Shown piece after piece: positions 12,460 to 26,924 of a stretch of 64,000 nucleotides of DNA (positions are counted from its first letter, which is position 1; each line of letters opens with the position of its first letter). Both the position numbers and the translations under genes were made by a program. Below the pieces are notes generated by a model, which saw only the letters and a list, made by a program, of their open reading frames with translations, ran no database searches and was not told where the DNA came from. The stretch lies in contig NC_086384.1 in the NCBI RefSeq assembly GCF_036588685.1, positions 59,210,001 to 59,274,000 of the forward strand, given 5' to 3'. The DNA is from Mytilus trossulus (Eukaryota).

Positions 12460-13649
12460 CTAAGACAGTTGGCTTTGGATGGTACAGGAAATATTATATA
12501 GGAAAGAAGAGATGGGGAATATTTACTAACCCAGAGTCATTAGATTTGACTTCTTAGTCTCAGGGGAATAAAGTTTATGTATAACTGTCATTTATTATGT
12601 TTGACATGCAATTGGGACTGGAAATGGGGAATGTGTCCAAGAGACAACAACCCGACCAAGGATTTTACCTTTTAATGAGGTTGAAAAATACCATCAAATG
12701 ATATAAGTTAAACCTGTACAGTATGGTAATGATATATATCATACTGATATTAAAAGACTTGTATCAGTGTCATGACTGTTAAGTTTAAAATAATATAGGC
12801 GTATAATTGTTTCTTTTTTTAAATCAAGCGGTTGGTTTTCTCCTTTGAGTTGTTTTGCATTTGTTGTTTCGGGACCTTTAAAATAAGACGGTGGGGTATG
12901 GGTTATCTTATTGTTGAAGGCCGGTATCATTGTACACTACGGTGACCTATATGTCATTTGGACTCTCGTGGATAGTTGTCTCATTGGAATTATGCATTTT
13001 TTTTTTTTTATACTAGTTGTTTTAATTCATTTTTAGAAGAATTAAGAGCTCATTGATCTTCAACACGTCACACCTTCGAATCAAAATCAGTTAAAGGTGT
13101 CCTCTACACCGGATTATGACTGGTTAACAGTCAATTTTCAATGGAAGCAACCTCGTTTTGTTTTCTAATCTAACGTTACCACAAAACACTATGACTTTCA
13201 TAATAAAACATAACATCTTGCTATATTACTTTCCATGTCGTAATGTTACGCTACATTTTCATGTTAGGGTGAAGGTTGGCACCTGTTAAAACGTTTAAAC
13301 ACGCTGCATTTGTTTGCACCATTCCTAAGACAGGTGGTTGTCGTTTATTGATGTGGGTCATAATTTGTTTCTCGATTCTCGATTTTCAAATAAATTAGAC
13401 ATTAATTTTAGGCCATAAATAGTTAGTTGTTCGGTTAAACCAAAGCTCCGCGTTGAAGGCAGATCTTTAACTAATAATGGTTTCACTTTTTACAAATTGT
13501 GACCTGGATGGAGAGTTGTCTCATTGTTCCTTATACCTTATCTTCTTATATCTATAGAATGAATAACTGTGTTGCTGCTCAATGTCCAGCGGCCAATATT
13601 TCATGCATTTTCATGCGAGAACAAAATATAAATTAGTGTGTTATTATTA

Positions 13650-14090
13650 GTTACACAGTGTGTAATTGTCCTAATACGAGAATTTATCAGGTCAATAAAA
13701 TTCAAATCGGGTGAAGCGAAGCCAAACCCGATATGCATTTTATTGACCCGATTAATTCCGTATTAGGACAATTGAACACTGTGTAACGAATTTATCCTGA
13801 TTTTGTTATATTACATATTAATATATATTTAAATTCAATATAATGACAACATTAACCAAAAATATTTTAGATATTTAATCTAAAACTGTGAAAAAGTAAA
13901 ATATTAGGACTATGAAGCAACTCAGTTTTTAAACAAAAATTATTAGGTCAATGGTAGAAGGGAGATAATCCCAATTGACGTAATAAATAAAGGAAATAAT
14001 TCCTATTGACGTAATCAAAAATTGTACTGAAATTTATTAGGACAATATCAGCCAATCAAATTGCGAGAAATTACTCTAAATCAGGATAAA
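13650..14090. mobile_element. Hairpin-ended non-autonomous element
   Basis: ~135-bp imperfect palindrome 13651-13787 with a GCGAAGC-containing loop, then inverted pair TTTATCCTGATTT / AAATCAGGATAAA. Confidence 0.55.
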
Positions 14091-14528
14091 GTTATATGAC
14101 GGATGCATTGCTCTATTCAACAAGTTATCAATCACATGGTTGATATCTACATAAAGTCAGCAAACAGTATTACAACAATGCTCGGTTATTATTTGTTTCT
14201 TTTCGATTACTACGTAACAAACAATATTTAATATAGCTTCATTTGAATCCTTCAAATCACAACTGTAAGGATTTGACTGGTATCTTTTTTTTTTAGAAAT
14301 ATACAGGATATAGATCTTGACGACATATCGAAAACATTCACCCAGTTAGATTTCAATTTCTATAACGGTCAGATTTCCATTTCTATAACGGTCAGAATTC
14401 TATTTCTACAACGGTCAGATTTTCATTTCTATAACGGATTGGCCATGTATGTTGGCCAGTTTATTCATCGGACATATTTTTGAACTCTTATTATCCCATC
14501 AGTAACAGTATGGTTTAATTGAACCAGT

Positions 14529-15399
14529 TTTTATACGCCCGTCAAAATTTTGACGGGACGTATTATGGTATACACATGTCCGGTGTCCGTCCGTCCGTCT
14601 GTCTGGCGTAAACATGTCGCACCGTAACTTGAGAACGACTTATCCAAATTTCATGAAACTTAATATAGTTGTTTCTTATGATTGTCAAATGATCTGTATA
14701 CTTTTTGGTGAAAATTATATTTTAACTTTTTGATTTACGGCATTTGTAACTAAAACAGGGGTGTGTTTTTTTCACATGTCGCACTGTATCCCAAAAAACG
14801 ATTCTTGATTATGGCTTAAAACTTTAAACACTTCTTAGTTATATTAATCTTAATATCTGTATACTTTTTGGTGATGATTCAAAAGTTAATTTTTGAGTTA
14901 TTGAGTATTTTGTAAAAAAGGGGGAGTTTTTTTTTTACATGTCGCGCCATATCTCAAAATCGATTTATGATTATTGCTACAAACTTTACACATGTCTTTG
15001 TTATATTAATTTTAAGATCTGTATACTTTTTGATAATAATTCAAAATTTCATTTTTGAGTGATTGAGTATTTTGTAAAAAAGGGCGAGGGTTTTTAACCG
15101 GATTTTTATTACATGTTGTGCCGTATCTCTATAAAAATTTATGATTATTGCTTAAAACTTTACACACTTCTTTGTTATGTTAATCTAAAGATCTGTATAC
15201 TTTTTGGTTTTGATTCAAAATTTTATTTTAGTGATATTTTGTTTCTTGTAAAACAAAAACAGGGTGGGGGTTTCCCGTCGTGTCTCAAAAACTATATATG
15301 GTTATTGCTTAAAACTTTCTCAGAAGCTATTTATGATTATTGCATATAACTTCCACATAAGACGTCGGGGCGTATCATGCGCTCATGGCGCAGCTGTTT
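14529..15399 (+). mobile_element. Helentron-associated non-autonomous element (HINE-like)
   Basis: 5' TTTTTATACGCCCGTC hairpin, (GTCC)n microsatellite, internal ~160-bp repeats, 3' GGGGCGTAT sub-TIR and GCGCTCATGGCGC hairpin. Confidence 0.75.
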
Positions 15400-16537
15400 A
15401 TTTAATATTACAAATGTAAAAAGTTTTTTTAAAAGTAAACGGACAACCATACCCGACGGACGCCAATTGATCTCAAACGGTTACACTAGCCCTCGGAGCC
15501 AGGTGAGCAGATAATACTATGAAATATGTATGTTTATAGGTTGTATACATCAGATTAACTGTATTCTATATTAAATCAATCTCCTACTTCAAAGCATGGC
15601 CTTAATTTTCCTAAAGTTAAATCCCCTTGATCATTTAATTCATTATTGACCCAATATGAAACTTAATCTTTTGGCCATAATATTTAATTAGTTACTTAAT
15701 TTTATATAAATTTAATTCTAAGGTCGTGACAATCTATAATAAACACCGGCATATTTAATAGTCGGTAGATTGAGTATTCTAAATAAAAAAACATACTTAT
15801 AGAATAACTTATCGAAGAATTCAAATATAGAAAAAAAGGTCACTTCACTAACCCATTATGATAGTAATAAACATTTTTATTTATATATGTGACCATTTGT
15901 AGTGCACTAGAATATTTTCATGAATGTGAACTTCCGATTCAATTTGTCGATCTTTGTCCTATGAAGAGGTTATATCAATATTAATACGGCCCGTTAATAC
16001 TACCTTATTTTAATATAGGTGTCAACCTATTTAAGTATATAACCCGCTTAAACCGAAATCGGATAACACGTACAGCAAATATACATGTAAGCAGACAAGA
16101 GTTATTTCCCTTAGCATGTACTACTGATACGATAACACAACCTTTAATAAAAGATATTTTGCTAGACACAACCTTTGATAAAAGATATTTTGCTTACACA
16201 ACCTTTAAAAAAAGATATTTTGCTAGGCACACAAATTACACAGATTATTTCATAGATGTACAAACATCATATTCGAATATAGACTAAAGATCGTCCTGAA
16301 TACAAATGAAATATTTGTCACTGGTTATTTGTCAAGTGACAATAAATCGAGAATACAAAATAAGGAATGTGCCAATGAGACAATAGCCGGACTACAGAGC
16401 AGAAAACAGCCGAAGGTAACCAATTGGTCGATCAACACAGCGAAAATCCCACACCCGGAGGCAGGCTTCAGATGGCCCCATAACAAAAATTTTAACTATA
16501 CATCTCTAAAAAAATAGAATTACAGAAAAATATAGAA

Positions 16538-17012
16538 AACAAAAATGTGTCCATAGTACACCGAAACCCCACTCGCACTCACTATCATTTCTTATGTTTA
16601 GTTGGCCGTGAAAAGGAGGGGCTCTAATTTGGCATTTAAATTAGAAAGATCATATCATAGGGAACATGTACACTAATTTTCAAGTTGATTGGACTTCAAT
16701 TTCATCAAAAACTACCTCGACCAAAAACTTTAACCTGAAATTTACACTATCATTTTCTGTATTCAGTGAACCATGAATTTGGGGGCAAAAGTCTAATTTG
16801 GCATTAAAATTAGAAAGATCATAATTATCATAGGACACACGTGTAAAAAGTTTTAAGTTGACTCCAACTTCATCATAAACTAACTTAACCAAAAATGTTA
16901 ACCTGAAGCGGGACAGACGGACGAACGGACGGAAAGACAGATGGACAGACGAACGAACGCACGCACAGACCAGAAAACATAATGCCCCTCTATCATCGTA
17001 GGTGGGGCATAC
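16538..17012 (-). mobile_element. HINE-like element, same family as 58335-59076
   Basis: Reverse complement of TATGCCCCACCTACGAT...GGGGCATTATG, (GGAC)n tract, internal repeat. Confidence 0.75.
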
Positions 17013-17430
17013 AAAGTATCCCTCTTAGAGTTACAGTAAGGCATTTGACATGGAGCAAAGTTCCAATTGATTGCAAGACCATGTAAATGATAATAAAAAA
17101 TATTACTTTTTAATATTAAAAACGGGCAACAAAATAAAACAAACTATGGACGGACTATATCCGTTTATTTATCAATGTTTACGTGTATAATAGTTTATTC
17201 ATAATGTTTTGTTTGTTATAAATGAATGAAATATTGATCTTCTTTAAAAATATTTTAATATTATAGAAATATATCTAACATAAAATAAAGTCTTAATATC
17301 AACTTTCACGAACTATGACATTTTATTAAAAATATTTCAATCCTCCTGACAGTCTTTAAATTTAATATTCAGTTGGAACAAGATAATTTAATCTATAAAT
17401 ATTCGTTAGTGTGTTTTTGAAACTTTTACT

Positions 17431-18325
17431 ATGATGTGTTCAAAAAACGTTTACAGGATCTTTTTCTGTTTGTTTTTTGATTTTTTCAACTTATTCAAGT
17501 TTGCACTAAGTGGAGCTCCAGCAGGGTGTGCGTTGGACGACACGGCCAGTTTGATTGGTCGTTTTGATTGCGAGTTTAATTCTGTATCTTTCCCCCTTGT
17601 AATGACAGATTTCTCCTCTCCAGATCCACAAAGAATCCGGATCTATAACGTATCAGGAACGTTAAGTTCTCCGTCATTTTCTGGATTCAGTTCATTCAAT
17701 ACAGGAACAATAGATACTGACTACCCAACGTTACTAGAAATCGAATGTGTTAATGGCGGAACATTGGATATAAGTGCCGGAACGTTTACGGGTATGGATT
17801 ACATCCAGGAATTCTATATCACCAATTGTGTTATACCCGACTTACCAGATAACGTTTTCACCGATTTCGGAACGCTGAATTATTTCAAGATTGAAGGAGG
17901 TTCTATTGGAGTTACTCAAACCAACAGTTTAAATGGATTAAATGTTGCAAGGTCTAGTTCACCCACTCCACTAGGAGCATTCATAATCTACAACTCTCCC
18001 ATCATTACTGGAGAGCTGGCATCTGGTTTCCTAAACCCTTTGACAACGGTAACAACAATCATGCTGAAGAATACTGGCCTAGATTCTATAGAAGCCAATA
18101 TGTTCTCCCAAAATACATTAGTCCGTAACTTAAGTATTGCAGGAAACAATTTTCAAGTGCTTCCCACCAACATATTTTCTGGATTAGATGCGCTAATGTT
18201 TCTAGACATGAGTGATGTCCCCTTTAATTGTAGTTGTTCTAATGCTTGGTTTCTTGATTATTTAGTTGAACATGACATCAGTATAGTGGGAGCAGCTGTC
18301 TGTAGCGAGCCTTCGTCGTACAATT
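17431..18325 (+). CDS. LRR transmembrane paralog 1, exon 1 (signal peptide + LRR ectodomain + LRRCT start); full protein ~467 aa
   Basis: LxxLxLxxN repeats (LVRNLSIAGNNFQVLPTNIFSGL), LRRCT PFNCSC; phase-1 donor AATT|GTAAGT. Confidence 0.9.
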
Positions 18326-21300
18326 GTAAGTGCATACTCCAATAGCGAGCCTTCGTCGTACAATTGTAAGTACATACTCCACTACCGAGCCTTCGTCTTA
18401 CAATTGTAAGTACATACTCCACTAGCGAGCCTTCGTCATACAATTGTAAGTACATACTCCACTAGCGAGCCTTCCTTATATAATAGTAAGTACATACTCC
18501 ACTAGCGAGCCTTCCTTATATAATTGTAAGTACATACTCCACTAGCGAGCCTTCCTCATACAATTATAAGTACATACTCCACTAGCGAGCCTTTGTCATA
18601 TATTTGTAAGTACATACTCCACTAGCGAGCCTTCGTCATACAATTGTAAGTACATACTCCACTAGCGAGCCTTCCTTATATAATTGTAAGTACATACTCC
18701 ACTAGCGAGCCTTCGTCATACAATTGTAAGTACATTCTCCACTAGCGAGCCTTCGTCATACAATTGTAAGTAAATACTCCACTAGCGAGCCTTCGTCATA
18801 TAATTGTAAGTACATACTCCACTAGCGAGCCTTCGTCATATAATTGTAAGTACATACTCCACTAGCGAGCCTTCGTCATATAATTGTAAGCACATACTCT
18901 ACTAGCGAGCCTTCGTCATAAAATTGTAAGTACATACTCCACTAGCGGGCTGTCGTCATACAATTGTAAGTACATACTCCACTAGCGAGTCTTCGTCTTA
19001 CATTTGTAAGTACATACTCCACTAGCGAGCCTTCGTCATACAATTATAAGTACATACTCCACTAGCGAGCCTTCGTCATACAATTGTAAGTACATACTCC
19101 ACTAGCGAGCCTTCGTCATACAATTATAAGTACATACTCCACTAGCGAGCCTTCGTCATACAATTGTAAGTACATACTCCACTAGATGGCCATCTTTGTG
19201 TAATTCTAAGTACATGCTCTACTAGCGGGCTATCGTTATATATTGATAAGAACATGCTCTACTAGCGGGCTATCGTTATATAATTATCAGAACATACTCC
19301 TCTAGCGGGCTATCGTTATATAATTTATAAGTACATACTCCTCTAGCGGGCTATCGTTATATAGTTATTAGTACATAATCCTCTAGCGGGCTATCGTTAT
19401 AAAATTAAAAGTACATACTCCACTAGCGGGTCATCTTTATATAATTATAAGTACATACTCCACTAGCGGGCTATCGTTATATAATTATAAGTACATACTC
19501 CTCTAGCGGGATATCGTTATATAATTATAAGTACATACTCCTCTAGCGGGCTATCGTTATATAATTGTAAGTACATACTCCTCTAGCGGGCTATCGTTAT
19601 ATAATTATAAGTACATACTCCTCTAGCGGGCCTCCGTCGTACAATTGTAAGTTCATACTCCACTAGCGGACTATCGTTATATAATTATAAGTACATACTC
19701 CTCTAGCGGGCTATCGTTATATAATTATAAGTACATACTCCTCTAGCGGGCTATCGTTATATAATTATAAGTACATACTCCTCTAGCGGGCTATCGTTCT
19801 ATAATTGTAAGTACATACTCCACTAGCGAGCCTCCGTCGTACAATTGTAAGTTCATACTCCACTAGCGAGTCTTCGTCGTACAATTGTAAGTACATACTC
19901 TACTAGCGAGCCTTCGTCGTACAATTGTAAGTACATACTCTACTAGCGGGCTATCGTTATATAATTATAAGTACATACTCCTCTAGCGGGCTATCGTTCT
20001 ATAATTGTAAGTACATACTCCACTAGCGAGCCTTCGTCGTATAATTGTAAGTACATACTCCACTAGCGAGCCTTCGCCGTACAATTGTAAGTACATACTC
20101 TACTAGCGAGCCTTCGTCGTACAATTGTAAGTACATACTCTACTAGCGGGCTATCGTTATATAATTATAAGTACATACTCCTCTAGCGGGCTATCGTTCT
20201 ATAATTGTAAGTACATACTCCACTAGCGAGCCTTCGTCGTACAATTGTAAGTACATACTCTACTAGCGGGCTATCGTTATATAATTATAAGTACATACTC
20301 CTCTAGCGGGCTATCGTTCTATAATTGTAAGTACATACTCCACTAGCGAGCCTTCGTCGTACAATTGTAAGTACATTCTCCACTAGCGAGCCTTCGTCGT
20401 ACAATTGTAAGTACATACTCCACTAGCGGGCTATCGTTATATAATTATAAGTACATACTCCTCTAGCGGGCTATCGTTATATAATTGTAAGTACATACTC
20501 CTCTAGCGGGCTATCGTTATATAATTATAAGTACATACTCCTCTAGCGGGCTATCGTTCTATAATTGTAAGCACATACTCCACTAGCGAGCCTCCGTCGT
20601 ACAATTGTAAGTTCATACTCCACTAGCGAGCCTTCGTCGTACAATTGTAAGTACATACTCCACTAGCGAGCCTTCGTCGTACAATTGTAAGTAAATACTC
20701 TACTAGCGAGCCTTCGTCGTACAATTGTAAGTACATACTCTACTAGCGGGCTATCGTTATATAATTATAAGTACATACTCCTCTAGCGGGCTATCGTTCT
20801 ATAATTGTAAGTACATACTCCACTAGCGAGCCTTCGTCGTACAATTGTAAGTACATACTCTACTAGCGAGCCTTCGTCGTACAATTGTAAGTGCATACTC
20901 TACTAGCGGGCTAACGTTTTATAATTATAAGTACATACTCCTCTAGCGGGCTATCGTTCTATAATTGTAAGTACATACTCCACTAGCGAGCCTTCGTCGT
21001 ACAATTGTAAGTACATACTCCACTAGCGAGCCTTCGTCGTACAATTGTAAGTACATACTCCACTAGCGGGCTATCGTTATATAATTATAAGTACATACTC
21101 CTCTAGCGGGCTATCGTTATATAATTGTAAGTACATACTCCACTAGCGGGCTATCGTTATATAATTGTAAGTACATACTCCTCTAGCGGGCTATCGTTAT
21201 ATAATTATAAGTTCATACTCCTCTAGCGGGCTATCGTTCTATAATTGTAAGTACATACTCCACTAGCGAGCCTCCGTCGTACAATTGTAAGTTCATACTC

Positions 21301-21960
21301 CACTAGCGAGCCTTCGTCGTACAATTGTAAGTACATACTCTACTAGCGAGCCTTCGTCGTACAATTGTAAGTACATACTCTACTAGCGGGCTATCGTTAT
21401 ATAATTATAAGTACATACGCCTCTGGCGGGCTATCGTTCTATAATTGTAAGTACATACTCCACTAGCGAGCCTTCGTCGTATAATTGTAAGTACATACTC
21501 CACTAGCGAGCCTTCGTCGTACAATTGTAAGTACATACTCTACTAGCGAGCCTTCGTCGTACAATTGTAAGTACATACTCTACTAGCGAGCCTTCGTCGT
21601 ACAATTGTAAGTACATACTCTACTAGCGGGCTATCGTTATATAATTATAAGTACATACTCCTCTAGCGGGCTGTCGTTCTATAATTGTAAGTACATACTC
21701 CACTAGCGAGCCTTCGTCGTACAATTGTAAGTGCATACTCTACTAGCGGGCTAACGTTATATAATTATAAGTACATACTCCTCTAGCGGGCTATCGTTCT
21801 ATAATTGTAAGTTCATACTCCACTAGCGAGCCTTCGTCGTACAATTGTAAGTACATACTCCACTAGCGAGCCTTTCTCGTACAATTGTAAGTACATACTC
21901 CACTAGCGGGCTATCGTTCTATAATTGTAAGTACATACTCCTCTAGCTGGTCACCTTTAT
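18303..21960 (+). repeat. 40-bp tandem array (~90 copies): last 23 nt of paralog 1 exon 1 + donor + intron start
   Basis: Unit TAGCGAGCCTTCGTCGTACAATT|GTAAGTACATACTCCAC; the first copy is the real exon end. Confidence 0.97.
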
Positions 21961-22454
21961 ATAAACTCCTCTCATATTCACTGTCCCCATAATCCTAAGT
22001 GTATGCTCCACTTTCTTACTGAAACTTTTTAGAAATTATTAAGTCTTAACATATTTATGTTTAGTTGATTAGGAAACAACTTATTGCAACTTATATGAAT
22101 ACTTTTTTACTTTGCGGGTGCGAGTGCTGCCTTGAAGCGGCATCAGCCTGCTCTTTTTTTGTAAATCTGCAAGGGTGTCTTTAATGTGCAAGAGATAGGG
22201 CTCTCTCTTAACACGGGCCAGTCATTTATCGTCCCCTGTCGACGGATTATCATCGTTTCCCTAAGACCATACTTGCAAATTGTGTCAAGAGAGAGCCGAA
22301 AATTCAGTTCCTGAAATTTTCATATTAAGAAGCCGTGTCTTCAACATTCATCATCAACTTGATTGAAGGCCTATCTATAAAATTACTTGCTGGTGACTTG
22401 TGTCGTGCCAAACATATCATTTATTTAATTTATCAATTATTTATTTCATTTCAG

Positions 22455-22517
22455 TACAAAGAGCGACAATATTCCAAGATGAAAACTGTCCTTATGATCC
22501 TTGTGGAAATATCCCAG
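22455..22517 (+). CDS. Paralog 1 exon 2: (L)QRATIFQDENCPYDPCGNIP(G)
   Basis: tttcag acceptor, CAG|GTCAGT donor, phase 1/1, Cys pattern shared with the other paralogs. Confidence 0.85.
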
Positions 22518-23297
22518 GTCAGTAGATCTCTTAATATATGGAATGTATTTGATTCAACCACTAAATGATTTTGATAGATATTGCTAGAACGTGAACGTTG
22601 TTCTTTAATAAAATGTTGAGAATGCATGTTACTAAGATGTTAATGAATTCAGTGTTCACAAATAAATGTCATTGGCTACGCCATTCGGGAATCTTGAAAT
22701 CACAAGCGCGTTAAACCCAACCTACTAACGTGTTTACAATGTTGTGACAAACTTAGAACACGGGTGTTAAAACATTTGACTTTTCTACTCTTTACATAAG
22801 TATTCCCCATTCCAAATTAAAAAGAGGTCGTATTGCTTTGTTTAATAATTGAATGTCCAATGTAGATACAAATATCTTTTCGTAGGGACAGATAAATCCT
22901 TTTTTCTGAAACAAAATCACTCTGATGACGTGTTTTTCAACAATCTATCTTATGTCGTAACTATAATCCGGTTCCCTTTTCACACATGAAACCTACACAA
23001 TTAGACAATTTACCGGGTTTGTAATACAATGTAACATGAGCAACATGACGGGTGCAACATGTGGAGAAAAATCTGCTGATTCTTCCTGAGCACATTGAAT
23101 CGCCCAAGTCTTTTGGTGGGGTTCATGTTGCGTAATATTTAGTTTACTATATGTCGTTTCTTGTGTTAAACTTACAATTTGCCTGTTGACCATGCATGGC
23201 GTTGTAATTTTATTTTTGATCTGTGAGTTTGAATGTCCCACTGGTATCTTTCGCCCATCTTTTGTTGATGTACAATTTTGAATATCTTTGTTTTCAG

Positions 23298-23743
23298 GTA
23301 TAAATGCAGATCCGCGATGTCATACGATTTTCCAAGTGTTCGGATATGTTGTCACATGTGGTTGTTTACTCATGACATTGATGGCCATTTATCTGTACCT
23401 TAACACCCGACTGCATATTGCTATGCCAAAATTCCGACTAGAACAGAAGAAAAAGAACGCTTGGATTAAAGTACAAGACTCACTTTACAAAGGTGTGGTC
23501 AATATGATTCCACCAGCTTCGACAGGAGTAAACGGAGTTAAACTGCCTCCTATTAAGAGAGCAATGAGGAAGAGATTCTCATCCCCGAACGTGATACAGC
23601 ATTCTGATCTTCCTAACAATTCTGATCTGGAAAAAAATGATTTGGAAAAAGAAATTAATGAAAAAGACAACATTGCTCCTTTTGGAAATAGTTACTCGAC
23701 AAATGAAATGAGTAACAAATCAAAAACGGATTCAGAAGTGTAA
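23298..23743 (+). CDS. Paralog 1 exon 3: TM helix + cytoplasmic tail ending ...TDSEV
   Basis: ttttcag acceptor; hydrophobic IFQVFGYVVTCGCLLMTLMAIYLYL; KKKNAWIKVQDSL motif. Confidence 0.85.
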
Positions 23744-24663
23744 ATGTCAAGCGGACAATGATTATGTACATGTACAGTACACGGATATATTGCACGTGAA
23801 GACATTGGCCAATTAAGGTAAACGGTAGATAAATCAAATGATTTAAATGAGACAAGTGAACGTAAAATAAAGCAAATCGCCATTTATAGCTTGCTTTTTA
23901 TACAATGTGATTTGGACAGAGAGTTGTCTCATCATCGGCATTTATATACCACATCTTCTTATTTATATTGAAAATAAAATAAAAGAGTAACACATTTTAT
24001 ACAAGCAGTCATTGACAATTGTAACCATTGAGTGTCGCAATGCTGTATTATTCTAGCTCGGAGCCTCCCTTTTTCTCTCTACTTGTTATATTTTGCACAT
24101 TATTCCGTATTGACTAGGATTGACATTTTTCCTGTCGTAGGTCGATAGTTTTCTCCGGTTACCCCCGAGTTCCTCAAGCAATAAACACATGTATAAACAT
24201 GTTAATGAAAGCGGGAGAAAAAAAACAACAATTTTTGGAGCCCATTATATTATTCTCTTTTCTGTTAACCAAACCCGGATTTTGTAATTGTTCACCTCTG
24301 AACTTTTGTTTTAAAGTTTCATTAAGAATTATAATAACAGATACAGAACACAAACAAACGCATCTTACAAAAATATTCAAACACAATTTACCGATCTGAG
24401 AGATCTCACAGTCATTGACATCTTCAACGCAAATTACAACTAAAAAATTCATGTACATGTAGTTCAGTGGTTGTCGTTTGTTAATGTGTTACATATTTGA
24501 TTTTCGTCCATTTTGTTATATAAATATTAAGGCCGTTAGTTTTCTCGTTTGAATTGTTTTACATTGTCATATCAGGGTCTTTTATAGCTGACTATGCGGT
24601 TTGTGCTTTGCTCATTGATGAAGGCCGTAAGGTGACCTGTAGTTGTGTATGTATGTGTAATTT

Positions 24664-25156
24664 GGTAAACGGACAGAAAGTCACAGGACAAAAAGTCACA
24701 GGACATAAAGTCACAAATTTGGTAGGACAAAAAGTCACAAATAATCTGTTGACAATTATTTGAATATATAAGAAAAATATCTTGAAATATTTACTTTTTA
24801 ATACATATATTCATATTAAAGTGTAGGAAATGTGTCATTATAAATGAAAAATTAGGATTTATTTAATTTTAATCATGCAAAGGGTATATTTCTTGGCACA
24901 ATGAAGCCATTTAAGTGCAAAGTCATGTTGACATTTTGTTGTTTTAACAATTGTTTGATCATCTTTGATATTTTTTGGATAAATTTTGTTTACAATGTTG
25001 ATCTATATACAATAGGTAAAAAAAAATACAAAAATATTTTTGTAGAAATAAATGTTTTTTATTCAAAGAAAATTTTCAGAAAAAATGAATTGTGACTTTT
25101 TGTCCTGTGACTTTTTGTCCGTGACTTTTTGTCCTGTGACTTTCTGTCCTACATTC
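24664..25156. mobile_element. MITE with subterminal GGACAAAAAGTCAC repeats, inserted in an older dispersed repeat
   Basis: Inverted repeat arrays at both ends; 8-bp TSD TGTAATTT. Confidence 0.8.
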
Positions 25157-25896
25157 TGTAATTTTGGTCTCTTGTGGACAGTTGTCTCATTGGGAATCAT
25201 TCACTTTTTTATATGTATCAAAGACTAAAATATCAATTTGAATCCATCATACCCAACTATTTCAGTCCTATTCAGGACCGATAACTCTGTCGATAGATAT
25301 TATAGGGTATACAATATTGTTAAATCCAGATCAATCGTATCATACGTCTCTGCTGGAATGTATACAATAACTCTTTTTTTAACACAATTTAAACTTTATA
25401 TCGATTCATTGCCTGGATTTAGCTTTAACTATTGAATTAAAAAATAAATAACAATAAAATCATATTCAATGATCGAAATTCATTTAAATTAAAATTTGAA
25501 TCAGAATAATTTGAAATAATTATAGAAACATATAAATATTTGAATGCCTTTTAAGCAAAGAAATTTTCATAATATTTATATTCTCCTAAAGTTTATTATG
25601 AACCATACTTCTTCTGATTTGACACGGGTAGGAGAAGATATTAATTTGTACATTTATGAAAACTTTTGTGTATCACAAAATTTAAACTCTGGTAATACAT
25701 GTATACACACTGACAGGATGTTGAATGTCACCTGGTTGCTTTTGGTTTGCACGTCTACCTGACAATATATTATGATGTAACATTTAACCCAAGTTAGATT
25801 TCACCTGTTCGGTCAAGGAATGTAAAGGTATAGAATATTAATCTATTATAATTGGACATCATTTTTTTTTCTCTTAGGATGAAAATATGGGAAAAG

Positions 25897-26924
25897 GGCG
25901 TATTGCATTTCCGCTATTTTTTCAAAGTTCCAATACTACGTTTCCGCAAATTTAAAGTATACGTTTCCGCAATTTGTAATTATTACTTTTCCGCAAATTT
26001 ACCTGGTAAATTATAAGAATTGAATTTACATATATGATAAATTATTTATTTTTTTATTTTTAATAAAGAAAATGTTCTGATCTCAGTATAGCTACAATTT
26101 ACTAGATATAACTAGTTGACTCGGATAAGGATGAGTTAAACTTCATTGAGACATCTTTGGTTTGGCTTACTTGCCAACTGACATGATTGAAGAATGCTTT
26201 TTTGAATTAATTGTCGATGTTCAACTGACGATAAATGCATGAGGTCTGCCGATTATATATATATCGGAATTTTATATAGATGGCAATTGAGATTTCAACC
26301 AAACAGTTGGGTATCACCTCCTGACCCCGACGAAAAGAGAACAACTAATGGTGTCGAGTCTTTTTGTGCCTACCTGAAGGAGCAGTTTTACGCTAGCCAT
26401 CCTACCATATTTGTCTTTGCCAATGTGTTATTGAAACTGAAGAGTTTTAGACAACATCTTACATAAAGATGAGAACTCTAACCGTAAAAGCACCCGTTCG
26501 GAAATATGAAAAGGTGAAAATGGACTTCCTTCCTGAACAAAATACAAAACTTGTAAACGTTGAATATGCTACTATGGACTATGTACGACGTGTTGGCTAC
26601 AAATATTCTGCCAGAACTGACTTATGAACTCATATCAAGATATTTTTGAACATACGTTTTCATACATTTTAATGATGTAGTTTACTTACATGTTATGATG
26701 GCCTTTAACTTACTACATATTGATCTTTTATTATAGCTTTGCTTTCGATCAATAGGTTTTCCTTAATTATTTGCGGAAAAGTAATAATTTACTTTTTCCG
26801 GAATAGTTACTTTTTTTCCGGAAAAGTAAGATAATTATTTGCGGAAACGTCAACTTTTTTTTCCGGAAACGTCATCTTTTTTTCGCGGAAAAGTAATGCC
26901 AATTTGCGGAAACGTAAAACGCCG
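25897..26924 (+). mobile_element. Mutator (MULE)-like transposon deletion derivative
   Basis: TIRs GGCGTATTGCATTTCCGC / GCGGAAACGTAAAACGCC with repeated TTCCGC; transposase C-terminal remnant RTTNGVESFCAYLKEQFYASHPTIFVF. Confidence 0.75.

Noticed and set aside
14357-14440. Short ~21-bp tandem repeat (also 31 bp x3 at 16135-16230) as donor arrays
   Set aside because: No supportable adjacent exon; these are small counter-examples to the donor-anchored pattern
17431-18345. Single-exon secreted LRR genes or Toll-like receptors
   Set aside because: Conserved phase-1 donors and downstream TM exons show 3-exon genes; no TIR domain in any tail
18303-21960. CRISPR-like array
   Set aside because: Head-to-tail units without spacers; derived from the adjacent exon end
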